60,010 bases of DNA from Gemmatimonadaceae bacterium (GTDB taxonomy: Bacteria; Gemmatimonadota; Gemmatimonadetes; Gemmatimonadales; Gemmatimonadaceae). The notes under the pieces are model-generated. The model made no database searches. It worked only from the letters and a program-made list of their open reading frames with translations, and was not told the origin of the DNA. The stretch covers positions 1 through 60,010 of the forward strand of contig JBGAJQ010000008.1 in assembly GCA_044224875.1 (NCBI GenBank), given 5' to 3'. Made by a program: the position numbers and the translations under genes. Positions 28,716 through 38,337 of the stretch are shown piece by piece (positions within the stretch are counted from its first letter, which is position 1; each line of letters starts with the position of its first letter).

Positions 28716-30394
28716 CGCATACCCGACCACCGATCCCGATGACCGATCCGAACCACGGCGTCTCCCTTCGCGTCCGGACCTTTCGATGGTACGGCGTGGG
28801 CCGTCGTGCCGCATATGCAGTCACGTTAGGCGCCTGTCTCTCCTGTGGGCGCGGCGGAACGTCGGCCAGCGGGCCATCGAACGAGCTTCTGATCGTCGGC
28901 TACGACCGCGAACCCGACACCCTCAACCGCTTCAGCACGCACATCCTGGAGGACGTGCAAACGTGCGTGGTCGAAGGCCTGACGACGACCGATGAGAAGA
29001 TGAACGTCATTCCCTGGCTCGCACAGGAAGTCCCATCACCCGAGAATGGCGCCGTGAGGGTTCGTGCCGATGGAGGAATGGACGTGACGTGGCGCCTGCG
29101 TCCCGGTATCCGCTGGCACGACGGCACACCGTTCACGTCGGCCGACGTGAAGTTTACGGTAGATGCCATCAATAGCCCCAGCTACAACCCCGAGAGTACG
29201 GACGGGTTCGACCGCATCACGTCGGTGGATACCCCAGACTCACTTACCGCGGTCGTGCACTACAAGGAAGTCTACGCGCCGTACGCGATCCAGTTCATCC
29301 GCGGCGCCCTCCCCAAGCACGTCCTGGAGGGCAAGGACATCGACCGCGCCAGTGACTACAATCGCAACCCGTTAGGCACCGGACCCTACCACGTGAAGGA
29401 ATGGAAGACCGGCGAGTACATCCTGCTGGAGAAGGTGCCGAACTATTGGCGGGGCGCGGAATACCCGAAGATCCGCAATATCCTGTTCAAGTTCGTCACC
29501 AACACCAATACCCGCATCAATCAACTCAAGGCGGGTGAGGTGCAGATCGTAGCCCTCGTGCCGTGGGACAAGTACCGGGAGTTGACCGGGGTGCCTGGAC
29601 TCGCGATCCACCGCGTCATGGGCAACTCGTACGAGCATGTCACCCTCAACGAACGACAGGTCGAGGCCTTCCGCGACGTTCGCGTCCGGCGCGCGCTGCT
29701 CATGGCCACGGATCGAGAATTGATCGCCAAGACCATCCTCGACGGACTCGCTCCAGTCGCCCACGGCGCCATCCAGCCATTGTCCTGGGCCTATACCGAC
29801 CAGGTGCGGACGTATGCGTTCGACGTGCCCGGCGCCAAGGCCCTGCTCGATTCGGCTGGGTGGGTGGATGCCAATGGGGATGGCATACGCGAGAAGGATG
29901 GAAAACCGTTGGCGTTCACGTTGATGACGCAAGCCGGTTTCGCCGTGCGCGAAAATGTTTCCCAGGCCCTCCAACGACAGTGGCGCGATGTCGGGATCGA
30001 CGCGCGCATCCAGCTGGTCGACGGCACCGCCATCAGTAACCTGTGGTTTGAGGGCAAGTTCGACGCCATGCTCCACTGGTGGCACATGCCATCCGACCCG
30101 GAGCTGGTGACCTTCTTTGCGAAGGACAAGACGCCGCCCGCCGGCCGCAACATCAACTATCTCGCGGATGACTCGCTGACGACGCTCGTGTACGCCGCCG
30201 ATCGCACCGTGGACCAGGCGAAGCGAAAGACGCTCCTCGTCGCCGCGCAGCAGCGACTGGCCGAATTGGTGCCGGAGTTGCCGCTCTACAACGTCACCAG
30301 GCTGGACGCCGTTCCCACCACGCTCCAGAACTTCAAGGGAAATCCCACCAACACCGGGATCTTCTGGAATGTCTATGAGTGGGAAGTGAAGTAG
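28712..30394 (+). CDS. Peptide/nickel ABC transporter substrate-binding lipoprotein (SBP family 5)
   Basis: CLSC lipobox, EPDTLN, LRPGIRWHDGTPFTSADVKFT, PLGTGPY, DVRVRRAL. The true start may be slightly downstream. Confidence 0.93.
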   Translation: MTHTRPPIPMTDPNHGVSLRVRTFRWYGVGRRAAYAVTLGACLSCGRGGTSASGPSNELLIVGYDREPDTLNRFSTHILEDVQTCVVEGLTTTDEKMNVIPWLAQEVPSPENGAVRVRADGGMDVTWRLRPGIRWHDGTPFTSADVKFTVDAINSPSYNPESTDGFDRITSVDTPDSLTAVVHYKEVYAPYAIQFIRGALPKHVLEGKDIDRASDYNRNPLGTGPYHVKEWKTGEYILLEKVPNYWRGAEYPKIRNILFKFVTNTNTRINQLKAGEVQIVALVPWDKYRELTGVPGLAIHRVMGNSYEHVTLNERQVEAFRDVRVRRALLMATDRELIAKTILDGLAPVAHGAIQPLSWAYTDQVRTYAFDVPGAKALLDSAGWVDANGDGIREKDGKPLAFTLMTQAGFAVRENVSQALQRQWRDVGIDARIQLVDGTAISNLWFEGKFDAMLHWWHMPSDPELVTFFAKDKTPPAGRNINYLADDSLTTLVYAADRTVDQAKRKTLLVAAQQRLAELVPELPLYNVTRLDAVPTTLQNFKGNPTNTGIFWNVYEWEVK

Positions 30395-30403
30395 GCGCGA
30401 GGG

Positions 30404-30943
30404 TCACGATCCCGTTGCGCCTTCCCCACCGTTAGGCAATATCAAGCCCTGAAGGAAGAACGCTGCAAGCTCGGCTCGCCCCGCGAGCCCGGCCTTCTGG
30501 TATGCGGTGGCTGCATGCTGGCGCACTGTGCGCTCGCTGCGTCCCGTTCGGGCGGCAATTTCCTTGTGCCCTAGCCCTTGCAGTAGCATCAGCGCGATCT
30601 CCCCTTCAGAGCGAGTGAGCTGCCAGGCGCGGAATTGTTGGTCGATGGCTCGGCCCATTCCCTCGAGGGCCTTGTGTGCGCTCGCACGCCACTCGTCGCG
30701 CTCGCGCGAGCGGACCGTGAGCGCAATTTCGGCTTCCCTCAATTCTGCGATGGTGGTTCGCCACCCGCGGAACATCAGAACCGCGAAGACCATACTGCAC
30801 AACACGAGCCCCACTTCAAACGCGACGTGGAGGGACCACCACGTGGTCGGACGGTCGAGCATGAGGTCGGTCGCGCCCCCCGCCACGAGCAGGAGGAAGA
30901 AAATGACCAACCCGATTTGCAGCTTAGGGCGCTCCGTTTCCAT
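30404..30943 (-). CDS. Membrane-anchored LuxR-family HTH regulator
   Basis: Two N-terminal TM helices and C-terminal LTRSEGEIALMLLQGLGHKEIA...SERTVRQHA. Confidence 0.9.
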   Translation of the reverse strand: METERPKLQIGLVIFFLLLVAGGATDLMLDRPTTWWSLHVAFEVGLVLCSMVFAVLMFRGWRTTIAELREAEIALTVRSRERDEWRASAHKALEGMGRAIDQQFRAWQLTRSEGEIALMLLQGLGHKEIAARTGRSERTVRQHAATAYQKAGLAGRAELAAFFLQGLILPNGGEGATGS

Positions 30944-30977
30944 CGCGCAATGTCATTCCAGGAGGACACGGACACTA

Positions 30978-31029
30978 TCCGACAAATGACGTACGTCGCC
31001 TGTTATGGGCGTTCGCGACCATTGTCGGA
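30978..31029. promoter_or_regulatory. Pair of 16-bp imperfect palindromes, candidate LuxR operators
   Basis: TCCGACAAATGACGTA (30978-30993) and CGCGACCATTGTCGGA (31014-31029), between the divergent luxR and DUF2231 genes. Confidence 0.55.
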
Positions 31030-31089
31030 TGGTTCTGGCAGGCGTGCAAGGTGATGCTGCTGGTGAACCTTAACCGGCAGGAGATTTTC

Positions 31090-31677
31090 ATGCTTCCGAA
31101 TCCATTGCACGCGGCCATTGTGCATTTCCCCGTGGTGCTTGCCGTCTTGCTTCCGTTGGTAGCCGTTGGCGCGCTGGTGGCGATCCGTCGTGGGGCAAGG
31201 CCGCTCACGGCGTGGGGGCTGACCTCAGTCGTCGCCATGATGCTGCTGGCGGCGTCATGGACCTCGCTCGAGACGGGTGAGGCCGAAGAGGAGAAGGTCG
31301 AGGAGGTTGTGTCCGAAGGCGCGATCGGCCGCCACGAAGAGGCGGCACAGCTGTTCACCACCGTGGTGGGCGGTGTGCTTCTGCTCACCATCGCTGGACT
31401 GGCCAACGGCAAGGTCGGGAGCGGTGCGCGGATCGCGGCAACCCTCGGCACCCTGGCGGTTGTTGCAGCTGGCGTGAATGTCGGACACTCCGGGGGCCAG
31501 CTCGTGTACAAGTACGGCGCAGGGGCCGCGTACGCGACGAATGGTGGCGGCGAGGCGGGTGGCGCGGCGCAGTCGCGCGAGGGAGACGAGGCGACACCCA
31601 ATGGTGAGCCACAACAGGAGAAAGAGCAGGACGAGCAGGCGCGCCGCGGCGGCGATAACGACGCCGACGACCGTTAG
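31090..31677 (+). CDS. DUF2231-like membrane protein
   Basis: PLHAAIVHFP, GRHEE and GHSGGQLVYKYG motifs, 4 TM helices, AGGAG RBS. Confidence 0.85.
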   Translation: MLPNPLHAAIVHFPVVLAVLLPLVAVGALVAIRRGARPLTAWGLTSVVAMMLLAASWTSLETGEAEEEKVEEVVSEGAIGRHEEAAQLFTTVVGGVLLLTIAGLANGKVGSGARIAATLGTLAVVAAGVNVGHSGGQLVYKYGAGAAYATNGGGEAGGAAQSREGDEATPNGEPQQEKEQDEQARRGGDNDADDR

Positions 31678-31698
31678 GCTCCGACGGGGAGCTGGGGA

Positions 31699-33363
31699 CT
31701 ACGTGCCCAGCTCCCCGCGCTTCGCCACCTCGGCAATCTTGTCCGCTGCGCGGAACGCGAGCGCCTGGATGGTCATGGTCGGCTGACCGCGACCCGACGT
31801 GACGAAACTCGAGCCATCCACGATGAACAGGTTCGGCACGTCGTGGGCCTGGTGCCCCGCGTTGACCACCGAGCGCCGGGCGTCCGTTCCCATCCGACAC
31901 GTTCCAAGCAGGTGAAACCCCGCGCCGGGATCGTCGGAGATGGGCAGCAGCACCGACGACTTCGCGCCGGCCGCATCCAGCATCTCCTTCGTCCGGTCAC
32001 CCATGTACTTCTCGAGCCGGATGTCGTTTTCGTGGTCGCGATAGGTCACCCGAATCGCTGGTAAGCCCCACGCATCCTTCACGGTGTCGTCCAGTGAGAT
32101 CCCGTTGTCGAGGACGGGGAGTGACGAGGAGTGACCGAAGCCTGCGACCGTGCGCGTGAACCGCTGCTTGAGCTCCGACCAGTACTGGCGTCCCCAACTT
32201 GCGTGTCCAGGAACCGGCATGTTGGCGAACTCGATCGGCGACACGGCAAACCGGAAATCGATGCCGCCGCCACCAGCGATGCCTAACGAAGGATCCAGCT
32301 CGTAGTGCTCATGCGAGATCATGGTGACCGGGGCGCCCTTGTAGCCGTTCAACGGGTGCTCGAACTCGGCGATCACGTTGGCCCCGCCGTTGAACATCAA
32401 ACGCTTCCCGACATATCCACTGGAATTTGCCAACCCATTGGGAAACCGATTCGACGCCGACATCAGCAGCAACCGCGGGGTCTCAGCGCCATTCGCGCAT
32501 AGCACCACCGCGCGAGCCTTCTGGAACACCTCCCGTCGCGTGCTGTCGAAGTACGTCACCCCCGTCACTCGGCCACGATCGTTGGTCTCGACTTTTCGGA
32601 CGTACGCCAGCGGGCGCACCTCGCACCGACCGGTGGCTTCGGCCTGCGGGATCATCGTGAACAACGTGCTGGACTTGGCCCCCCACTCGCACCCGAAGGA
32701 GTAACACCAGCCGCACTGATGGCACCCTTCCCGACCTTGATATGGCCGAGAGGGGATTGCCATGGGGGCCGGCTGCACGCTCCAACCCAGCTTCTTTCCC
32801 CCAACTTGCATCAGGACGCCGGCGCTGTTGACAGGAAGCGGAGGCAGCGGAAAGGGACGACTACGCGGTGGATCCTTGGGATTTACACCAGCCTGGCCAG
32901 AGACCCCAATGTCCCATTCGACCTTCGCGTAATAGGGCTCCAGTTCCTCGTAGGTGATTGGCCAGTCGTCCATGTCAGCGCCGGACACGGCCCCATGCGT
33001 CGAGAACTCGCGAAAGTCGATCGGACGAAACCGCCAGTAGTTCGCCGTGAAGTGGACCGTGCCTCCACCAACGGCCACACCATACACCAGGTACGGACGT
33101 GGCTTTGCGGTGTCGGCTGGCGTCTTGCGATGCGTGACCGGCTTGGTCTTCTGGTTCACCGACAGCTTGTGGTTCACCATCACCTCGATCTCGTCGTGAT
33201 GGAAGTCGGGGCGCCCAAATCGCGCCCCTTGCTCCAGCACAACGACCGTGAAGCCGGCTCGCGAGAGCTCGCGCGCGACCACTCCGCCAGCTGCACCCGA
33301 CCCCACCACCACGAAGTCCACCGTTTCGCGAGGCTGGAATGTCGCGCGGTGCGGAACGCTCAT
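31699..33363 (-). CDS. GMC family oxidoreductase flavoprotein (gluconate 2-dehydrogenase large-subunit-like)
   Basis: VVVGSGAAGG, VGGGTVH, Cys cluster CHQCGWCYSFGC, HLLGTCRMG, NLFIVDGS, PTMTIQALA. Confidence 0.95.
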   Translation of the reverse strand: MSVPHRATFQPRETVDFVVVGSGAAGGVVARELSRAGFTVVVLEQGARFGRPDFHHDEIEVMVNHKLSVNQKTKPVTHRKTPADTAKPRPYLVYGVAVGGGTVHFTANYWRFRPIDFREFSTHGAVSGADMDDWPITYEELEPYYAKVEWDIGVSGQAGVNPKDPPRSRPFPLPPLPVNSAGVLMQVGGKKLGWSVQPAPMAIPSRPYQGREGCHQCGWCYSFGCEWGAKSSTLFTMIPQAEATGRCEVRPLAYVRKVETNDRGRVTGVTYFDSTRREVFQKARAVVLCANGAETPRLLLMSASNRFPNGLANSSGYVGKRLMFNGGANVIAEFEHPLNGYKGAPVTMISHEHYELDPSLGIAGGGGIDFRFAVSPIEFANMPVPGHASWGRQYWSELKQRFTRTVAGFGHSSSLPVLDNGISLDDTVKDAWGLPAIRVTYRDHENDIRLEKYMGDRTKEMLDAAGAKSSVLLPISDDPGAGFHLLGTCRMGTDARRSVVNAGHQAHDVPNLFIVDGSSFVTSGRGQPTMTIQALAFRAADKIAEVAKRGELGT

Positions 33364-33965
33364 TCGTCGCCTCCCCGGCCTAACAACTGTCGGCGAATGT
33401 CGGGCCGATCGTAGTAGCCGAATGGAGGGGCGTACTCCATGGCGCCGGCGAGTCCGATCGCTCGCCACCCGACGTACTCTCGGTTGCCGCCGTACGCGGG
33501 CAGAGCGAACATGCCGGCGATAGTCGCATAGCGCATGCTTCCGAAGAACTCAGTGCCCTCGATGTCGTGCAGAATCGCGTCCCGCTGTTCGGGAGCGAGC
33601 TGGGCGAAGCTCTTGGCGCCGGGGTGTCGCGTGGTGGTGCGCTTCGCCAAGTCGGCGAGGCCAGCTCGGACCGGGGCCTGCAGCTCGCGCGCGAATGTCG
33701 CCAGCCCTCGATCAATGAAGTAGAGGACCCCCGCTTCCTTGGCGCCCGGACCATCGTCAGAGGGGATGATCCGTTCAGCGATCGACTCGACGTCCCTCGC
33801 CTCCGCTGGCGTGAAAAAACGGAGGACTGGAGGAGCGTCGACGTCCTCAGGGCCCTGAGCCTCCGGCGATAGGGAGATGCCTGCTCCGCGCGCACCCAGC
33901 ATCCACAAGGCGCCCACGGCGCCCATGCGCTGGACGAAGTCTCGACGGGATGGCGACTCGCTCAT
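33360..33965 (-). CDS. Gluconate 2-dehydrogenase subunit 3 family protein, Tat-exported
   Basis: Tat motif SRRDFV, RIIPSDDGPGAKEAGVLYFID, YGGNREYVGW. ATGA overlap with the GMC gene. Confidence 0.92.
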   Translation of the reverse strand: MSESPSRRDFVQRMGAVGALWMLGARGAGISLSPEAQGPEDVDAPPVLRFFTPAEARDVESIAERIIPSDDGPGAKEAGVLYFIDRGLATFARELQAPVRAGLADLAKRTTTRHPGAKSFAQLAPEQRDAILHDIEGTEFFGSMRYATIAGMFALPAYGGNREYVGWRAIGLAGAMEYAPPFGYYDRPDIRRQLLGRGGDE

Positions 33966-34436
33966 TCACACACGGAGGAAGGGGACATCGCCCCAAGCTG
34001 CTTCCCTCCTCTCTCCTCGGCAAGCATGAACCCGCTGTCTGGGAGCTGACGCCCATGAACCGGTGACCCTGCGGGCCCGACCTGATGCACTGGAGACGGA
34101 CCTCCGAGCGCCTCGATGTCCGCCTTGAGACGCCCACAGGCACACGGCCATCGGCAAGTGGTCGAACGCCGCGATCGCAGATGGCCCCCGCGTAGAGGCC
34201 GTCGGTTTCGACCTCTCAAATCGTGCGAGGTTGGGCAACGCGATCACACGCCATCAATGGCCTAACACCGGCTCGTTATGCATGACTCTGTCACAATCTC
34301 ATCAACGAGGAGCATCCCGCCAGAATCTGTGACCTTTGCACACGTAAGCGCGCGCGACGCAACCAACATTGCCTAACTGCAATAACTGCACATCCGAGTC
34401 AGGCATACTCCAGTCCGCCACAACTGAGATCGTTCA

Positions 34437-35252
34437 TTGAGCGTTGACCTACCTGTTGTCTTCCGCAAGAAGTTCGATCGCGCCGTCGAGTTCCTCACGC
34501 TGAGCAGAGAGTACGCGCCGTCACTCTCAGCAAAGCGGGCCCTGCTTGCGTGCTACACAGCACTCCTCGCCGACGTGAACAATCGATCGGAAGTTTCGCT
34601 CGAACTGTCGCTCAATGGCTCCAACCGCGGTCTGAGCATGCGTAAGAGCGACATCTTCACGCTGGCTGAGATCCTGCGCGAGCGCCAATACCGACTGACG
34701 ACGGCTGTTGCAGATCGTCCCCTGATCGTCGATGGCGGCGCCCACATCGGCATCGCCTCGCTCTTCTTTGCCAGCACGTATCCCGGCGCTCGTCTGCACT
34801 GCTTTGAGCCGGAAGCGTCGAACTTTCGTTTGCTCACTCAGAACCTGCGCACGCTTCCCGGTGCACGTCTCCATGCGGCTGCCCTGGGCGGCGAGACTGC
34901 CGTTCGGCCGCTTCACGTGTCCGAGATCGCGGCAATGCATTCACTGAAGGCCAACGGCGCCGCACATCATTCGGTCGACGTGTCCGTCGTGAATCTGATG
35001 GACTACATGAACCGGCAGGGAATACAGACGGTCGACGTGCTGAAGCTCGACGTCGAAGGAAGTGAGCTGGACGTTGTGCAAGGAATGGACGGACGCTTGC
35101 GCGACGTGGCAGTCATTGTGGGGGAGTTCCACGAGTCGCTGGTGGACGAAGGAGAGTTTTACCGGCACCTCGAGTCAAACGGTTTTCGTCGAGTGCGACG
35201 TCAGGCGAGCGGAGAGCCAGACGTGCACATCTTCGAGGTGGCGCGGGCGTAG
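34437..35252 (+). CDS. FkbM family methyltransferase
   Basis: IVDGGAHIG, CFEPE and VLKLDVEGSE. Confidence 0.9.
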   Translation: MSVDLPVVFRKKFDRAVEFLTLSREYAPSLSAKRALLACYTALLADVNNRSEVSLELSLNGSNRGLSMRKSDIFTLAEILRERQYRLTTAVADRPLIVDGGAHIGIASLFFASTYPGARLHCFEPEASNFRLLTQNLRTLPGARLHAAALGGETAVRPLHVSEIAAMHSLKANGAAHHSVDVSVVNLMDYMNRQGIQTVDVLKLDVEGSELDVVQGMDGRLRDVAVIVGEFHESLVDEGEFYRHLESNGFRRVRRQASGEPDVHIFEVARA

Positions 35253-35466
35253 CCGGGTCGTCAGGCAGCACCAGATGGCAACCGGTCTTGCGGTGCGACG
35301 ACCGGGAGAATGAAGACATCGCGCAGTGAGCCCGCGGCTGACGACGTGAGGATCGCAGCACGCGCGGCCGCCCGTTCCGACGTTTAGAGCTGCCATTCGA
35401 CTTGAGCCCCTCATGCGCCGGGCTCAGCCACCTCCCGAGCGGGCGCACGCGCGGTAGAATCTTGTC

Positions 35467-36414
35467 GTGCTCGCTCACATGGTTCGGCGCCTCCTGGTGA
35501 CGTTGCCCCTGCTGCTCGTCATTTCCGTCCTGATTTTTGCGCTTATTCACGCGGCGCCGGGCGGCCCACTGACGATGTATCTCGAGAATCCCAACGTTCG
35601 ACCCGAAGACATCGTCAGGTTGAAGAAGGCGTTGGGTCTCGATCGGTCACTCGCCGCTCAATACGTGGCCTGGTTGAAGGGCTTTGCGACCGGCGAATGG
35701 GGATACTCGTTTTCTGACGGCCGGCCGGTCGTTCAGCGTCTCGCGGAGCGGGTACCGGCGACGCTGGAGCTGATGTCTGTGTCCCTCTTGCTGGCGGGCC
35801 TGGCGGCGGTACCGGCAGGCATCGTGAGCGCTGTCCGGCGTGGTCGTGCGGCGGATCGCGTCGTCAGCACCCTGTCGGTGGCCGGCATTTCGCTCCCCAT
35901 CTTCTGGTTCGGCCTCGTTCTGCAACTCGTCTTCGCCGTCGCGTTAGGCTGGCTGCCGTCCTCGGGGCGGCGTTCGATCATCGGTGGCGGCCCGTTCGAT
36001 CACCTGCGACACATCATCCTCCCGGCCATCATGCTGGCCGCCGTTCACGCCGCGGCGTGGTCGCGCTATGTGCGAGCGGGGATGTTGGAGGCACTCGGCC
36101 AGCGCTTTATCGCCGCCGTGCGTGCGAAAGGAGTGCCGGAGCGGACGGTCGTGCGACGGCATGCGCTACGCAACGCGTTGCTGCCCTTTGTCACCGTCAT
36201 CCTGCTGGACGCGGCGATCATGGTGTCCGGCGCGGTCGTTACGGAGAGCGTGTTCGCCTGGCCGGGGCTTGGTGGTCTGTTCACGGAAGCCCTCGCGCGG
36301 CGCGACTACACCGTCCTGATGGCTTTCTTGATGGTCTCGTCGGTGGCGGTGATCGTGTTGAACCTGCTGGCTGATGTGACGTACCGATGGTTAGACCCGC
36401 GCGTGTCCGCATGA
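35467..36414 (+). CDS. Peptide ABC transporter permease (DppB/OppB-like)
   Basis: RRLL...APGGP, GLDRSL..QY, RAKGVPE (EAA loop), HALRNA, ESVFAWPGLG. Confidence 0.95.
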   Translation: MLAHMVRRLLVTLPLLLVISVLIFALIHAAPGGPLTMYLENPNVRPEDIVRLKKALGLDRSLAAQYVAWLKGFATGEWGYSFSDGRPVVQRLAERVPATLELMSVSLLLAGLAAVPAGIVSAVRRGRAADRVVSTLSVAGISLPIFWFGLVLQLVFAVALGWLPSSGRRSIIGGGPFDHLRHIILPAIMLAAVHAAAWSRYVRAGMLEALGQRFIAAVRAKGVPERTVVRRHALRNALLPFVTVILLDAAIMVSGAVVTESVFAWPGLGGLFTEALARRDYTVLMAFLMVSSVAVIVLNLLADVTYRWLDPRVSA

Positions 36415-37211
36415 CGCGCGCCTGGTGGCGGTCGTGGCCCCTCGTCCTGGTGGCGATACTCCTCGCCTTGGCCGCGCTCGCACCGTTGCTGGCGCCCTTT
36501 GCTCCCGACGCCGTGAACCTTGCCGAGCGTCGCTTGCCACCGACCGCCACTCACTGGTTTGGCACGGACGAACTGGGTCGAGACGTGTTGACGCGCGTGT
36601 GGTACGGTGCGCGCGTGTCACTGGCCGTTGGCGTCCTGTCGGCGCTCCTGGCATCGGCGTTAGGTGCCGTGATTGGGGGGGTTGGCGGGTACCGTCGCGG
36701 TTGGCTCGATAGCCTACTGATGCGCCTGACGGATGCCATGCTGGCGATCCCTCGATTGCCGCTGTTGATGATCGCGGCGGCGATTCTCCAGCCCTCCATT
36801 CCCCTCCTGATCGTATTGGTCGGCGTCGTTGGTTGGATGGAGACGGCACGCGTGGTGCGGGCCGACGTGCTCTCGCTGGCCCAACGACCCTTTGTGGAAG
36901 CGGCTCGGGCGACCGGCGCTCGAGACCTGCGGATCGTCCCCATGCACATCCTGCCAAACGCGGCGCCGGCCATGGCCGTCAGCACCACGCTCGCCGTGGG
37001 CCGCGGCATCCTGCTCGAGTCCGCGCTCTCTTTCTTTGGTGTAGGGGTGCAGCCGCCGGCGGCAAGCTGGGGCAACATGCTGTACCAAGCGCAAACGACC
37101 ATGACGACCGAGCCGTGGCTGGCGCTCTTTCCCGGCGCCATGATCTTTCTGGCGGTCTTCTCCATCAATGTGCTCGGCGACCGACTGGCACACGGCACGC
37201 GAACGTCCTAG
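36411..37211 (+). CDS. Peptide ABC transporter permease (DppC/OppC-like)
   Basis: HWFGTDELGRD, FVEAARATGA, HILPN, ESALSFFGVG...SWG. ATGA overlap with the upstream permease. Confidence 0.95.
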   Translation: MTRAWWRSWPLVLVAILLALAALAPLLAPFAPDAVNLAERRLPPTATHWFGTDELGRDVLTRVWYGARVSLAVGVLSALLASALGAVIGGVGGYRRGWLDSLLMRLTDAMLAIPRLPLLMIAAAILQPSIPLLIVLVGVVGWMETARVVRADVLSLAQRPFVEAARATGARDLRIVPMHILPNAAPAMAVSTTLAVGRGILLESALSFFGVGVQPPAASWGNMLYQAQTTMTTEPWLALFPGAMIFLAVFSINVLGDRLAHGTRTS

Positions 37212-37290
37212 CGCCTCTCGCTGGGTCGAAGGATCGCTCCACTCGTCACGGCGTCCTTGTGCCGGGTGATCCAGCGACCGAAGTTGCGTC

Positions 37291-38337
37291 ATGCAACCCC
37301 GCTTCCGCACGCTCACTGCGATTCTGTTGGCCGTCGGGCCGATTTGCGGACAACCGCTCGAGGCGCAACGCGACTGGCCGAAAGGCACCATCGTGGTGAG
37401 CAACATGAACGACAGCTCAGCGACCCTTGTTGATGCTGAGCGTGGAACCGTGCGCGCCACGCTGCCGACAGGACGTGGACCGCACGAAGTAGCGGCCTCG
37501 CACGATGGCCGATGGGCCGTCGTCTCGAACTACGGTGTTCGCGGCAGTCCCGGCAATACACTCACGGTCATCGACGTGGCTCGCGCGCAGGTGACCCGTA
37601 CGATCGACCTCGGTGAGTATCGGCGACCCCACGGAGCCAAGTTCCTGCCCGGGGACACGCTGTTGGTCGTCACCTGCGAGACCAAGCAATTACTTCTTGT
37701 CATTGAGTTCGCCACCGGTCGCGTTGTCCGGACGTTGCCGACCAACGCGCGTACCTCTCACATGGTTGCGGTCACGGCCAACGGCGATCGCTACTTCAGC
37801 GCCAACATTGCCGACGGCTCCATCTCGGTGATCGATCCGTCAGGACGAGATTCCACGCGCACGATCGGAGTCGCCCGCGCCACCGAAGGGATCGCGGTGA
37901 CACCGGACGGGCGGCGGGTCTGGGTCGGCAGCAACGCGGACAGCATCGTGGTCTCTGTCGATCCGTCAGGCGCAACTCGGCCGGATACGGTGCGTGGATT
38001 CGGCATGCCGTATCGGTTGGCCGTGACGCCGGATAGCCGCCTGGTGATCGTCACCGACCCGGTGCGCGGCGAGATCCACCTGTTGGATGCGAAGACCAGC
38101 ACACGGCGAGCGGTGATCTCCGTGCCGGCGGACTCGCTGGTGACGACCGCCGAGGTCCCCGGATCGCCATCGCCGGAGGGCGTCGCCGTCTCGCACAATA
38201 GCCGGTGGGCCTTTGTGACCCTTCAGGGCCGCAACCGTGTCATCTGGATCGACCTGGAACGTGCCGAGATCGTTCGCTCCGCGCCGACCGGGACGTGGTC
38301 CGACGGAATTGCCTACGCTCGACCGATTGGATCGTAG
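37291..38337 (+). CDS. Secreted YncE/YVTN-type beta-propeller protein
   Basis: Signal peptide and repeats such as PHEVAASHDGRWAVV, GIAVTPDGRRVWV, LAVTPDSR. Confidence 0.88.
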   Translation: MQPRFRTLTAILLAVGPICGQPLEAQRDWPKGTIVVSNMNDSSATLVDAERGTVRATLPTGRGPHEVAASHDGRWAVVSNYGVRGSPGNTLTVIDVARAQVTRTIDLGEYRRPHGAKFLPGDTLLVVTCETKQLLLVIEFATGRVVRTLPTNARTSHMVAVTANGDRYFSANIADGSISVIDPSGRDSTRTIGVARATEGIAVTPDGRRVWVGSNADSIVVSVDPSGATRPDTVRGFGMPYRLAVTPDSRLVIVTDPVRGEIHLLDAKTSTRRAVISVPADSLVTTAEVPGSPSPEGVAVSHNSRWAFVTLQGRNRVIWIDLERAEIVRSAPTGTWSDGIAYARPIGS

